A DNA stretch of 36,642 bases from a bacterium (GCA_040757115.1 JBFLYA010000008.1:1-36642); one strand, 5' to 3'. Shown: positions 8,951 to 20,600, counted from the first letter of the stretch. The notes: a model not told the origin generated them from the letters alone. Program-made: numbers and translations.

Positions 8951-11347
8951 ATGGGAAAGAAAGAGAGGAGACAGAAAAAGAGGAAGTGGGTTAAATTTAG
9001 GATTCCAAAGTTTCTTATACCGAAGGATGAACCAATTGTTTCAAGTCCTTTCAATGTGATAGATTATGCGGGGGGGATACTGGTATTTTTTATCTGCTGG
9101 ATAGTGTATCAACATACCTTAACTCCTACAATTGGATTTCATGACTCTGGAGATATGATAACCGCGGCTTATGTTCTGGGTATTCCACATCCAACGGGTT
9201 ATCCTCTCTACTGTCTGCTTGGAAAACTATGGATGACTATTCTGCCGATAGGAAACATTGCATATCGTATGAATTTAGCCTCTGCTTTATGTGCCTCATT
9301 AGCGTGTATGATGGTGTACTTTATCATTTTAAAGTTGACAGTGAACAGTAGACAGTGGACAGTAAAAAAAATTTTCTCCAATTCTCCCTTTCTCCCTTTC
9401 TCCGTTTCTATTTCTAATCTCATTCCTGCGATAGTGGGAGCACTAATGCTTGCCTTTGCTACTACATTCTGGGAACAGGCAGTAATAGCAGAAAAATACA
9501 CACTCAATGCTTTGTTTGCAACATTACTAATTTTCATCCTACTAAAGTGGCATGAGACAATTCTACCGATTACCGATCACCGATTACCGACTAAATACCT
9601 CTATCTCTTCGCTTTCACCCTCGGCTTATCCTTCACCCATCATATGCAAACAATCTACTTACTTCCAGCAAGCATATTATTTATCATAACAGTTTACTGG
9701 CAAAAATGGAGAAAAGAAAAACTCTCCCTATTTCCTATTTCCTACTCCCTACTGAAAATGCTTTGCCTATTTATCTTACCGATGTTCTTATACTTATATT
9801 TACCTATATGTGCAAGTCTATCTCCCGATTATAATTGGGGTGATCCACAGACATTGAAGAGATTTATTGCTCATATTTCTGGACAATGGTATAAATCTTA
9901 CTTTGTCTCATCCTTAAATCAGATTTATGAGAATTTATTCCATATACCTTATTTTCTAAGTGATCAATTTACTCAGTATTTTTGGTGGATTAGTTTAATA
10001 GGTCTTTTCTTTTTATTGGCAAAGAGAAAAATCATTGGTTTATTTTTTATAGTTGTAGTAATAATAAACCTATTAGTTGCCAGTAGATATTCTATTCGAA
10101 ATATAGAGGATTATTATTTTCCATTATATATTATTTTTAGTATAACTCTTGGATTAGGTATTATATTTCTTAATAAATTCGTAAAAAAAAGGATAATATT
10201 TTCTGTTTTATTCTTTGGTGTTGTAGTTACTATTTTTTTAATCCATTATCCTTATAATAATAAGAGGGATTATTATTTTGCCTACGATTATGGTTGTGAG
10301 ATTTTATCTTCATTAGATAAAAAGGCGATTATATTTTTAGAGGGTGATAGAACAATTTTTCCTGTTTCTTATCTTAAATATTGTGAAAATCGATATCCTG
10401 AAGTTGCTTTAATTCTTCCTATATTTTTAGTAGATAGTTTCTCTGGAATTCATAAGGGGAAATGGTATGATGAGATACTTAAAGAAAAATATCCTGATAT
10501 AGACTTAAGTACTTTTTCTTGTCTTGATAAAATTAGCCCAGAAAATGTAAAAAAAATTATGATTGATAAAATAATATCTGATAAAGGAATAAATCGGTCA
10601 GTATTTGTAAAGCCTGAGACATTGGGAGATGATTATTTTTTAATTCCCAAAGGGATTTTTTGTAAGGTTATAAAAAAAGAAACAGGGAAGGAAAATTTAT
10701 CGCTGCATTCAAGAAAAAATCGAATAATTATTAGGGGAATTACGGATAATAACAAAATCTTTAAAGACCCAAGACAAACATTAGAAATAGTTATAGCTTA
10801 TCTCTCTTCTCTTAATCTTCAAGGGTTTATTTATTTTTACCAAAGAAGATATCAAGAAGCTATTGAGGAATTTAAAAAAGTCCTTAAAATAAAAATATGC
10901 CCTGAGAAGATTTCATTTTTTATCCCATATGGAAATTTCTATAATGAAATGTTAGATAAATATATAAAAATTACCAGAGAGGTTAATATTCATCTTTTAG
11001 AGAATTATTATCTTTTACTTAATATTCGTAATCAAAAAGAAAAGTTCTATTTAGAAGCCATTGATGTGTATAAAAAAGCATTAGAAATGGCCCCTAATAA
11101 TTCCTCCTTGAGGAATATTATGGGATGTATTTATAGCACATGTCATGAGTATCAATTAGCAATAACAGAATTTAAAGAGGCTCTAAAAATAAATCCAGTA
11201 GATATTAATTGCCGTCGAAATTTAGCTACCGCTTATTACAGAAAAGGATTATTAAAACATGCATTACAGGAATGCAACACTATTCTCAAAATAGACCCAG
11301 GTAATGTCTATGTTAAGGAAATATTAAAGGCAATAGGGAAAAAATAA
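8951..11347 (+). CDS. DUF2723-like (GT-C-type, TMEM260-like) multi-pass membrane protein with C-terminal TPRs
   Basis: DSGDMITAAYVLGIPHPTGYPLY, FWEQAVIAEKYTLN, GLSFTHH, NWGDP, many TM helices, TPR-like C-terminus (YQEAIEEFKKVL, AITEFKEALKINP). Confidence 0.8.
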   Translation: MGKKERRQKKRKWVKFRIPKFLIPKDEPIVSSPFNVIDYAGGILVFFICWIVYQHTLTPTIGFHDSGDMITAAYVLGIPHPTGYPLYCLLGKLWMTILPIGNIAYRMNLASALCASLACMMVYFIILKLTVNSRQWTVKKIFSNSPFLPFSVSISNLIPAIVGALMLAFATTFWEQAVIAEKYTLNALFATLLIFILLKWHETILPITDHRLPTKYLYLFAFTLGLSFTHHMQTIYLLPASILFIITVYWQKWRKEKLSLFPISYSLLKMLCLFILPMFLYLYLPICASLSPDYNWGDPQTLKRFIAHISGQWYKSYFVSSLNQIYENLFHIPYFLSDQFTQYFWWISLIGLFFLLAKRKIIGLFFIVVVIINLLVASRYSIRNIEDYYFPLYIIFSITLGLGIIFLNKFVKKRIIFSVLFFGVVVTIFLIHYPYNNKRDYYFAYDYGCEILSSLDKKAIIFLEGDRTIFPVSYLKYCENRYPEVALILPIFLVDSFSGIHKGKWYDEILKEKYPDIDLSTFSCLDKISPENVKKIMIDKIISDKGINRSVFVKPETLGDDYFLIPKGIFCKVIKKETGKENLSLHSRKNRIIIRGITDNNKIFKDPRQTLEIVIAYLSSLNLQGFIYFYQRRYQEAIEEFKKVLKIKICPEKISFFIPYGNFYNEMLDKYIKITREVNIHLLENYYLLLNIRNQKEKFYLEAIDVYKKALEMAPNNSSLRNIMGCIYSTCHEYQLAITEFKEALKINPVDINCRRNLATAYYRKGLLKHALQECNTILKIDPGNVYVKEILKAIGKK

Positions 11348-11400
11348 CTGGTAGCTATTGATGTAATGATTTAAAACTACCAAATTTTTTCTGAAAATGC

Positions 11401-11427
11401 TTGACAAAATGTTTTTTTTGATATAAT
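11401..11427 (+). promoter_or_regulatory. Possible promoter reading into the family C element
   Basis: TTGACA at 11401 and TGATATAAT extended -10, but the spacer is only 15 bp. Confidence 0.4.
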
Positions 11428-11473
11428 TATACAAGATTTAGGTAATCGAATTTAGCGAATTGAACGAAAAATA

Positions 11474-11855
11474 TCGACCTGTGCAGGTAGGTTTAAGATT
11501 ATTATTCTTCCCTTACCTTAAAAATGTAAGAAGGGGGATAAGGAGATAAGGAAGAAATGGAGATTATAAATCCCCTGGATAATTGGGCAAAAGGTTATGG
11601 TTAATGAAGCCTGGCCTGGCGCCAGGCCAGGGTTGGTATGGAAGCCTGCTCCCTGATTTTCATCAGGGCAGGCTCTGACAGACTCAGGAGTTAGGTCAGG
11701 ATGGTTGTGCAAAAAGACTAACTTCATAACCCCTAAACCAAACTAACATCCTAACCCTAACCATTTCACCAAAAACTCCTAAATATATCCCCTTATCTCC
11801 TTTATCTCCATATCTCCTTTTCGGACACAGGTCTAAAGTTACCTGTAGAGGTGGA
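11474..11855. mobile_element. Large family C-type composite palindromic element
   Basis: Ends TCGACCTGTGCAGGTA / TACCTGTAGAGGTGGA (13/16 inverted match). Second end-like motif at 11823-11837. GGAGATAAGG arms versus CCTTATCTCC arms. Perfect 22-bp palindrome at 11610-11631 and a hairpin at 11643-11674. Confidence 0.6.
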
Positions 11856-11874
11856 AAAATTTTTTATTTTTCCC

Positions 11875-11904
11875 TTGACAAAAAGAGGAATATTATGGTA
11901 AAAT
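11875..11904 (+). promoter_or_regulatory. Sigma70-type promoter for skp-lpxD-lpxC
   Basis: TTGACA-18 bp-TAAAAT with TGn extension. AAGGAG RBS before 11956. Confidence 0.6.
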
Positions 11905-11955
11905 TTACAATAGAAAGAAATGAATTTCTTTTAAAAGAAAAAAGGAGAAAGATAA

Positions 11956-12522
11956 ATGAAAAAAGTAACTATTTTAATGTTAAGTGGACTACTGATTTTA
12001 GGAGTATCTAAAATAGTATATTCACAAGAAGAAGAGGTATTATCTCAGAAAATACCTAAAGTTGGGATTGTTGATGGAAGACGCATCTTTGAGGAACATC
12101 CAGAGGCGAAAAAGGCACAAGAATTGTTAAAAAAAGAATTAAATGAAAGGAAAAAAGAGTTGGAAAACCGCTCTAAAGAAATTAGAAAATTAGAAGAGAG
12201 CATGAAATCAAATCTTTTGTTAAGTGATGAGGAAAGGGCAAAAATTGAAAAAGAAATTGATAAAAAGAAAGAAGAAGCAATGACATATAGCCAGGAGGCT
12301 GAAGAATATCTAAATGAAAAAGAAGAAGAACTAACTAAGGGAATAACAGAAAAGGTATATCAACTTATTAAAGTAACCGCACAGGAAAAAGGCATAGATA
12401 TTATTTTAGAGAATAATTATGTTTTATATGCGGATGAAACGCTGGATATTACTGAGGATGTCATTGCCAAAATTAAACCAAAATCGACGACGGAAAAGCA
12501 AACCACTCCTTTAGAAAAATAA
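11956..12522 (+). CDS. skp: OmpH/Skp family periplasmic chaperone
   Basis: Signal peptide, KVGIVD, long coiled coil, VLYADETLDITEDVI. Located between bamA and lpxD. Confidence 0.9.
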   Translation: MKKVTILMLSGLLILGVSKIVYSQEEEVLSQKIPKVGIVDGRRIFEEHPEAKKAQELLKKELNERKKELENRSKEIRKLEESMKSNLLLSDEERAKIEKEIDKKKEEAMTYSQEAEEYLNEKEEELTKGITEKVYQLIKVTAQEKGIDIILENNYVLYADETLDITEDVIAKIKPKSTTEKQTTPLEK

Positions 12523-13559
12523 TGACCAAAACCTTAGATGAAATTGCTAAGTTTGTAAATGGAAAAATAATAGGTGATAAAAATATACCTATTTCTCGAA
12601 TAGCATCCCTTAACCAGGCTAAAAAAGGGGATATAACATTTATCACTTCTGAAAAAGAATTAAAAAAAACTCAACCGGATAAAATTCTTGCCTCAGCAAT
12701 AATCCTGCCAGAAGATAAAGATACTATCTTATGTGCGAAAATTATTGTCGATAATCCTAAATTAGCCCTGTCAAAATTACTTGAGCTTTTCATCCCCACC
12801 ATTAGACCTCCTGAAGGAATACACCCAACCGCAGTTATTGGAAAAGATGTTGAAATAGGTAAAAAAGTTAGTGTGGGTGCTTATTGTGTCATTGGCGATT
12901 CTGCAAAAATAAAGGATAATGTTAGCCTCTATCCTTTAACATCCATTGGGAATGATGTGGTTATTGGGAAAAATTCTGTTATTCATCCCAATGTAACAAT
13001 TTATGAAAAAGTAACGCTGGGCGAAGGCGTCATTATTCACAGTGGGTCGGTAATTGGGAGTGATGGCTTTGGGTATGTTAAAACGGATGATAACCAGTAT
13101 GTAAAAATCCTGCAGAAGGGAAATGTCCTGATTGAAGATAATGTGGAGATAGGTGCGTGTGTAACAATTGACCGAGCAACCATTGACTCGACTATTATTG
13201 GTCGAGGAACAAAAATTGATAACCTTGTCCATATTGGGCATAATGCCAAAATAGGTAAAAATTGCATTATTGTGGCTCAAGTAGGTATTTCAGGTAGTGT
13301 GACGATAGAAGATAATGTAACTTTAGCCGGCCAATCTGGAGTTTCAGACCATGTGGTCATTCAAGAAAATACTATCGTTGCCGCGCGGGCTGGCGTAATT
13401 AAAAATATAGGGCCAAATTTAATTATCTCTGGATTCCCGGCTCAAGAACATCACCAGGAGATAAAAATAAAGGCATTGACACAAAAACTACCTGAGATAG
13501 TTAAGAAGATTAAAGAGTTGGAAAAGAGGATAGAGAAGATTGAAACAGCAAACGATTAA
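12522..13559 (+). CDS. lpxD: UDP-3-O-(3-hydroxyacyl)glucosamine N-acyltransferase
   Basis: GIHPTAVI, hexapeptide repeats, IGSDGFGY, VEIGACVTIDRAT, TKIDNLVHIGHN. Confidence 0.96.
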   Translation: MTKTLDEIAKFVNGKIIGDKNIPISRIASLNQAKKGDITFITSEKELKKTQPDKILASAIILPEDKDTILCAKIIVDNPKLALSKLLELFIPTIRPPEGIHPTAVIGKDVEIGKKVSVGAYCVIGDSAKIKDNVSLYPLTSIGNDVVIGKNSVIHPNVTIYEKVTLGEGVIIHSGSVIGSDGFGYVKTDDNQYVKILQKGNVLIEDNVEIGACVTIDRATIDSTIIGRGTKIDNLVHIGHNAKIGKNCIIVAQVGISGSVTIEDNVTLAGQSGVSDHVVIQENTIVAARAGVIKNIGPNLIISGFPAQEHHQEIKIKALTQKLPEIVKKIKELEKRIEKIETAND

Positions 13560-14373
13560 AAACGAGTTAGAATATTCAGGAATAGGGTTGCATACAGGGG
13601 AAAATATCCAGTTAATCTTCAAACCATCTATTGTAGATAACGGAATTGTTTTTGTTCGTAAAGACTTACCGGGTAATCCCAGAATAAAAACCTGCCTGAA
13701 AAATGTCAATAAGACCTCAAGAGAACTTAGTCTGAAAGAAAATGAAGCAGAGGTTCATACTGTAGAACATTTATTGTCTGCATTAATGGGTTTAGGAATT
13801 GACAATATTGAAATAGTGATAAATGGTGATGAAGTCCCAGTTGGAGATGGAAGTGCTATGCCTTTTGTTGAACTTCTTAAAGACGAAATTATAAGCCAGG
13901 ATAAGCCCAAAAAGATATTTTGTCCTAACCAGCCCTGTTGGATTTCTATGAAAGATAAACACATAGTCCTTTTACCAACAGGTGAATTGAGAATTACCTA
14001 TACTATTTGTTTTGACCACCCTTTAATCAAGGCACAATTTGCCGATTTTGTTATTACAAAAGAGGTATTTATAAAAGAAATTGCTCCTGCAAGAACATTT
14101 GGCTTCTTACAAGAAGTAGAAACTCTCTATGCCCAGGGACTGGCTAAAGGAGGAAGTCTGGATAATGCAATTATTATCGGTGAAGATAGAATTTTAAATG
14201 ATAATTTACGATTTGATAATGAACCTGTCCGACATAAAATATTAGATTTAATTGGAGATTTTAGTGTAATTGGTCAGCCTATTTCAGGTCATATAATTGC
14301 GGTTAAATCAGGTCATGAGTTAAACTTAAAATTAATCAGGGATATAGTGTCTCAAGACTCCCCGAACAGGTAG
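13540..14373 (+). CDS. lpxC: UDP-3-O-acyl-N-acetylglucosamine deacetylase
   Basis: QQTIK..GIGLHTG, TVEHLLSAL, EIAPARTFGF, GGSLDNA, RHKILDLIGD, KSGH. TTG start. Confidence 0.96.
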   Translation: MKQQTIKNELEYSGIGLHTGENIQLIFKPSIVDNGIVFVRKDLPGNPRIKTCLKNVNKTSRELSLKENEAEVHTVEHLLSALMGLGIDNIEIVINGDEVPVGDGSAMPFVELLKDEIISQDKPKKIFCPNQPCWISMKDKHIVLLPTGELRITYTICFDHPLIKAQFADFVITKEVFIKEIAPARTFGFLQEVETLYAQGLAKGGSLDNAIIIGEDRILNDNLRFDNEPVRHKILDLIGDFSVIGQPISGHIIAVKSGHELNLKLIRDIVSQDSPNR

Positions 14374-14389
14374 GAAATTATTCCAATCT

Positions 14390-14660
14390 GTAACTATTCA
14401 GCCACTGATTAACACGGATTAGCACGGATAAATACAGAGGTCCGAAGATAGAAGGCAGAGGACAGAAGACAGAGGTCATAGCCAGGTTGTCCCCCGCTGG
14501 CGGGGGTTAGGGGGTGGAAATTTCCTCCACTGGCAGAGAATCAAGAAGGATAGAAGTAAAAGTCAGAAGGAGAAAAACACTTCAGCCTTCAGCCTAATTA
14601 CGGACACGAATTACGAATTTTCAGTGTTTCATCCGTGTCCATCTGTGGCTGAATAATTAC
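14390..14660 (-). mobile_element. Family A MITE copy 2 (271 bp) with an extra internal segment
   Basis: GTAACTATTCAGCCACTGATTAACACGG... to ...GGCTGAATAATTAC. Contains the CCCCCGCTGGCGGGGG palindrome (14491-14506) absent from the other copies. No target duplication. Confidence 0.88.
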
Positions 14661-14664
14661 TTCT

Positions 14665-17600
14665 CTACCTGATAATCGCAATCTTGCCTGTCTTCTTCTT
14701 CCCATCGTCAGTAGTCAACACATAAATATACACCCCACTATCTATCTTCTTCCCATAATTATCCCGAACATCCCAAATCCAGGTGGCGCGTTTGCCTTCT
14801 TCGTCTTTGACTAAACTGCCTGAGATGTCGTAGATGCGAATCTGGGTATTCTCTGGTAATCCCTCAAAAACGATATTTTCATCCCCGCGGCCTGGCTTGA
14901 ACGGATTCGGATAGACTACAACCCCATCAAAACCCGCCGGTATCCCTTCCCCAATCAAAATAAATGTCCCAAAATGCGGGACATCGCCATAGATAAAATT
15001 ACTTCCGACTAAAACCTGTGCATTGGTTACCTCCACCCACCTCGATTCAATTGATTCTTCATCCAGGATGTATAATTTCAATCTCTCCTCGGCTACATTC
15101 TTAGGTGGTTGATGGTAATAAATTATCAGTCTGGTTGCTTGTGTCCCAAAATCTCCTTCTATCGGTTTCTTATCCCCATCTTTAGCTACTATGCGGATAA
15201 TGGTATCAGTTAGCAGACAAAATCCCGGGTTATAATGATTCATCCGCAAATTCGCTATCTTAATCTCATCCTCATCCAGAGCGGGTTTATCTATCTTTAG
15301 GTAATAATCTTTACTTACACTATGAGACTTAATGTCTATCTTCAAGTCTCCATCTTCAACCTTTACATTACTTGCGTCATCGTATAACACAGCAAAATCG
15401 TTACTTTGAGACTCTATTGTCTCAATTCTAATAGTAATGTTGACATCAGGTGCGGCTCGGTTAGTCTCAATTGTTACCGTGCCTATCGCTATGCCGTTAT
15501 AGAAGGTGATAGCGGCAGGTTTTATCTGTCCAAAGTTAGTTGTAAGAGAACCCGTCTGGTTGTAATCACTTGCCAGATTGCCATACCTATCCAGGGCAGT
15601 TACTTTAATGCCAAACTTCGTGTTGATAATCTGATGGCTGATAGGGCTAAATTCAAATCGACCGGCTCTACCTGACCTGACAGTTATACTGGCTGTTCCA
15701 ATTATCTCCTCTGAAAATCGGGGCTCGGGGCTCGGGACTCGGGGCTCGTTATTTCTTTCCTCCCCCTTAATCCCCCTCCCGAGGGGGACAAAAACTCTGC
15801 AGGTAAGTATCCCTTTCCCTGACTTTGTTCCCGCTACAAAAGTCGTCTTTGTCCCGCTGACATCAGTCAATTCTCCAATCTCACTTCCCACTTCCCAGTT
15901 CCCACCCCCTATATCCTTCTCATTCCCATACCTATCATAGCCCCTACTGGTAAAGGTGCAACTCCCATCTACCTCGATAATTGCATCTGCAGGTTCGATA
16001 TTTATGTCCGCCAATGTCCCGGGAATAATGGTAATACTTGCTCTTCCAATTATCTCATTCACTTTGCAGGTAAGTGTTCCTTTCCCTGATTTTGTTCCGG
16101 CTACAAAGGTCGTCTTTGAGCCGATAGCATTGGTTAATGTTCCTATTTCACTTCCTACCTCCCATTTCCCATTTCCCACTTCTTTTTCATTCCCATAGTC
16201 ATCATAGCCCTTTGCCATGAATGTCTGGCGTTCATCAGGCATTAAAGTTACACTACCCGGCTGGATTTCAATATAGGCGACCTGCCCGGGTATTACCTTG
16301 AAGACATTACTATTGCCGTATTTACCCGCATAATCAGCCAGGATAGAGGTAGTGCCTGCTTTTGTCATCTTCACATTACCCTGCCATATACCACTAATAA
16401 ACGCAGTAGTTGAGGTAGGAAAGATGGTTTGACTGGCATCGTTTAACCCGACTTTATCAGAAAAATCAAAAATGATATTGTTATCTTTATCCATCGCCTT
16501 TATGGTGATGAAGAATTCTACACCAGCTATCTGAGGGGAAAGAATCGCTTCGAACCAGAAGTGGTCTAAATTGCCAGGTGTAATACCAAAGGCATTACTT
16601 GTCCCTGCAATACCGCCTTTTTCAGTCCTGACTATCACAGGGTCTTGAGCAACAGAGATAGTTACTGGAAAATCCCTTAATTCACCTGCCACAAATCCAG
16701 AGGTAATGGTAGGCTGAATCGAACCTGTGGTATCACTCAATGTATTTGTTCCGGTGTAAGTAGTAACCGTATTCTGATAGGCATCCTGGGCAATGATAGT
16801 TATCTTGAATGGAATCCCTGCTATCTGGTCAGGGATAGGTAGAAAACTGAAGTGATGGAGGTTGGCTGGATTAACAAAGAATGGGGAACTTGTGCCTGTC
16901 CTACCTTGAGCGGTGGCGTAAATTGTGGTCGTCCCTGCTTTAGTGATAGACCCAACCCCCTGCCAGATACCCGCAGAAAAACTATCGCTTATCTTCGGTT
17001 TCAATGTCAATGAAGTATCCTTCAATTCAACCTTATCAGTAAAGCTGGTTACCGTATTGTTGTAGGTATCTTTTGCAGTGATTACGACAGGAAAATCTAT
17101 CCCCGCAGTTTGATTGGTGATAGTGCCGATTAAGAAATGGTCGAGGCTACTGGGGGTGATAAAGAAGGGATTGCTTGTGCCTGTTTTTCCCTGGTAACTT
17201 GCCATAATCGCGGTCGTGCCTGCTCTGGTGATACTAACTGTGCCATCCCAGATGCCCAGGCTAAAGTTTGTGGTTTTAGTCGGGCTAATCGTGCGGCTGG
17301 TATCAGTTAGTGCGGCGGATGAGTTGAACATATCAGCGATATTTCTCCAGCGGTCATAAGCCTTGATGCTGAGTGGAAAACTAATACCTGCGGTTTGAGT
17401 AGTTATAGTGCTAATGACAAAATACTCTACCTCGCCGCCGCAGACCCAGAAGGGGTTACTTGTGCCTCGAATATCCCCATAAATGACAGTAATACTGGTA
17501 GTCCCTCTTACTGTGATAGAGCCAAATCCATCCCACATACCATTTATAAATGAAGTAGTCTGAGTAGGTTTAAGGCTGTTACTCAAGTCAATTAGTGTTA

Positions 17601-20600
17601 CTGTCCTGGTAAAAGGAATAGGATTTTCGTAAGCATCTCTGGCGGTGATTTTAATCGGGAAATTCATCCCCGCAGTCTGGGTAGCAATAGTATCGAAAGT
17701 GAACATTGCTAATTCGCCAGAACTGGTAGTAATAGTTCCGGAGGTAGCAGGTGGTAGAGTAGATAGGAGTTTTATCCTAACTTTATCGTTGGCATTAGGT
17801 GAAACCCAGTAGGTAATAGTGTCTATCTGACCGGTATTGGTGGTAGTAGAAGTGGTGGCAGATAGTGTTCCTGGTTTACCAGAAAGCATCACTACCTCTA
17901 AATTACAACTAATCCCTGCAGACCCAACCGCATTACCATAAACATCGATTAATTGAGCAGTGATGCTTACTGAACCCCCTGCCAGGATGTAGACAGGATT
18001 TTCAGGATAGACGATGAATTTAACTGGCTCGCCTGGCAGGACATAAAAAGGATTGCTTGTGCCTGTCTTACTCTGGTAACCTGCGGAAATCGAGCTTGTG
18101 CCTGCTCTGGTGATGGTAACAGTGCCATCCCAGATGCCACCAGTGAAGTTAGTCGTAGTTGTAGGAAAGATAGTATTAGAAGTATCAGACAGGGTAGCAC
18201 TTGCCCTGAAATTCCTCACTATATCTCCATGAATGTCATAAGCAGTTATTTTAATGGTAAATGGAATGCCAGCGATTTGCGGAGATGGAATTGTGCCAAA
18301 TAGAAAATATTCCGGGGAAAGGATAAAGAATGTGGTGGTAGCTGTAAGGTTTAAAAGAAGACCAGTGGCGGTAATGGTAATTGTGCCAAAGCTTTCATCT
18401 GTAACAGTAAATGTGGTAGAAAATGTTCCCTCTGAGCCTGGGATGGCTGTGGCAATTGTCCTGGTTTTCCCAAAATCAATCCTGACCAGGCTCTCATCCT
18501 TAAAATTTTCTCCCACAATGGTAACAATCTTAGTCACAGAGCCAGAACCAGGGTTAATTCTAATTATTGGCGGGGGTGGTGGAATGACACGGGTAGTGCA
18601 AGAGGCAGTAGAGGTTGCCGCCTCATTGTTGTAGAGAAAAGCAATATTTGTTATCGTTCCTTCCCTCTTAAATATGCTCACTCTGGAAGAAAAGCTCATT
18701 GTTCCACATTCTTTAATGGTTAGACTCCCTATTGTCCAAACCAGTGTTCTTATTTCTGGACAATAGGTTACTGTTCCTATAGTAATTAGAGAAATGGATG
18801 GAGTGCCTAAGTTATCCTCTATGGTATCAATAACATAGGCACCAGACAGTGGCAGGTCGCCGTCATTTATAAAGGATAGTGTATAGGTTAAGGTTGCTCC
18901 TGGGTCTATGGTTTCAGTTCCTACTTTAAGCAAGGTAATGAATGCCCGCTGGATTTCTCCCACAAATTCTACATCATGTGAACAATTAAGGGATGGGAAG
19001 AAGAAAGAGGGGGGAGTAAATATTGTCCGCGTAGCGGATACAGTCAGAGTATAGGTTGCCACAGGTAGGTTGGTAAAGGAAAATTTGCCATATTTGTCTG
19101 TTTTTGTGGCGAATCCATCAAGGAATACATCCGCACCTACTATGGGTGCAAAATTCTCCTCTCTTACCCTGCCGGTTATGGCTGAAAGGGGAAGGATGGT
19201 AATATAGGTAGTGGCGGTTGCTGTGATATTTCCTTTTGCATTCAGCGGATAAAGACCAGCAGGTAAAGACGGAAGAGCAAACTCTACATTTATTGTTCCA
19301 TTTGGGGATGAGGTGGTTGTAGCAACAGAGAGTGTTCCAAGATAGAGTCGAACAGTTTCATTGTTAGCAAACCACTGGCCGGTTACATTTATTGTCCCCT
19401 CGGGATAGGCTTTATCCGGGTTGGCATCGATAAATGGCTGGTTGGATGTTCTATAAGGGATATTTACCTCATATAATGTTGGGGTGTATTCCAAATCAGA
19501 GGTGGAAAGGATTGCCTGGTATTGGATGAACCTTGCGTTAAGATTAAGGCTTTCTCCATTGCTTACCTTTCTCCAGGAAGATAAGGTTTGTGTGCTATTT
19601 CCCGAGCGAACATACATAGAAAGCTCTGTTGAAAATGGCTTTCTCTCTTTCCAGAAGATATTCTCAAAGATAACTGAGGAGCCTGCATCAAAGATGGAAG
19701 AGGTGTAGGTGCCAAGGGGATGGTAGGGACCTTTGTTTATTCCAGAGATAAAGGGACCTGAGTTTTTATATCCAGTAACCAGGTCATAGTCTCCATCGTT
19801 GTCAAGGTCAACCCCGGATAACTGGTAATAAGGGTGAGTAATAGTATCAAACATCTTTTCATATGCTTCGGGTGCTCTTTCAAAAGAGGGAGGGGTAGAT
19901 GTTCTAAGCTTTAGATAAACCTTAGTAGGATAAATGGTTCCATGAAATACAATATCATCATTGTTATCGCCATTTAGGTCCATTGCAGTTAGTTTAGGAA
20001 TATAACCTAAAGGATTTATATCTTTAAAGCCTGTGCTTTCTTCCCAGGTTTTATTCCTCTTCCAGATTGGCGAGGTTATGCTTCCAATATTTTCTAAGAT
20101 AACAAATATCCGCCAGGTAGGAAGAAGAAGGTCATAATCCTTATCATTATCTAAGTCAAGAAGAAATGGAGCGGGAGAAGAGGTATCAAAGTCATCCAAT
20201 CCTTCAGAAATTAAATATTCTGCGGTTATATTCCATTGGGGGTTATAGGAAAATTTGGTTGTTTGTGTGCTTATGTTTCTAAATGCCCCTACATTTTCGC
20301 CCTTTCCAGTTTTATATGTAGCAACAAGTAAATCTGGCTTTCCATCACCATTGAGGTCAGCTACTGTTGGGGTAATCTCCATACCATTATATCCATTTTG
20401 CTCATTTTCTAACACAATACTGTAATGTTTCCGAGGAAAATATGGAATCTCTGGTGTCCCTGTATTTTGAGCAATATAAATACGGGGTTTATTACAACTT
20501 CCTGCCCCTTCACTATGTATTTCCTCATAATCACCATCGCCATTAAGGTCAGCAAAGGTTATGCCTCCCATTATATGGAATCCATCAAGTGGTTGATAGC

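Noticed and set aside
11518-11727. 69-aa ORF within the structured element
   Set aside because: Lies within palindromic repeat DNA and has no recognisable motif or RBS.
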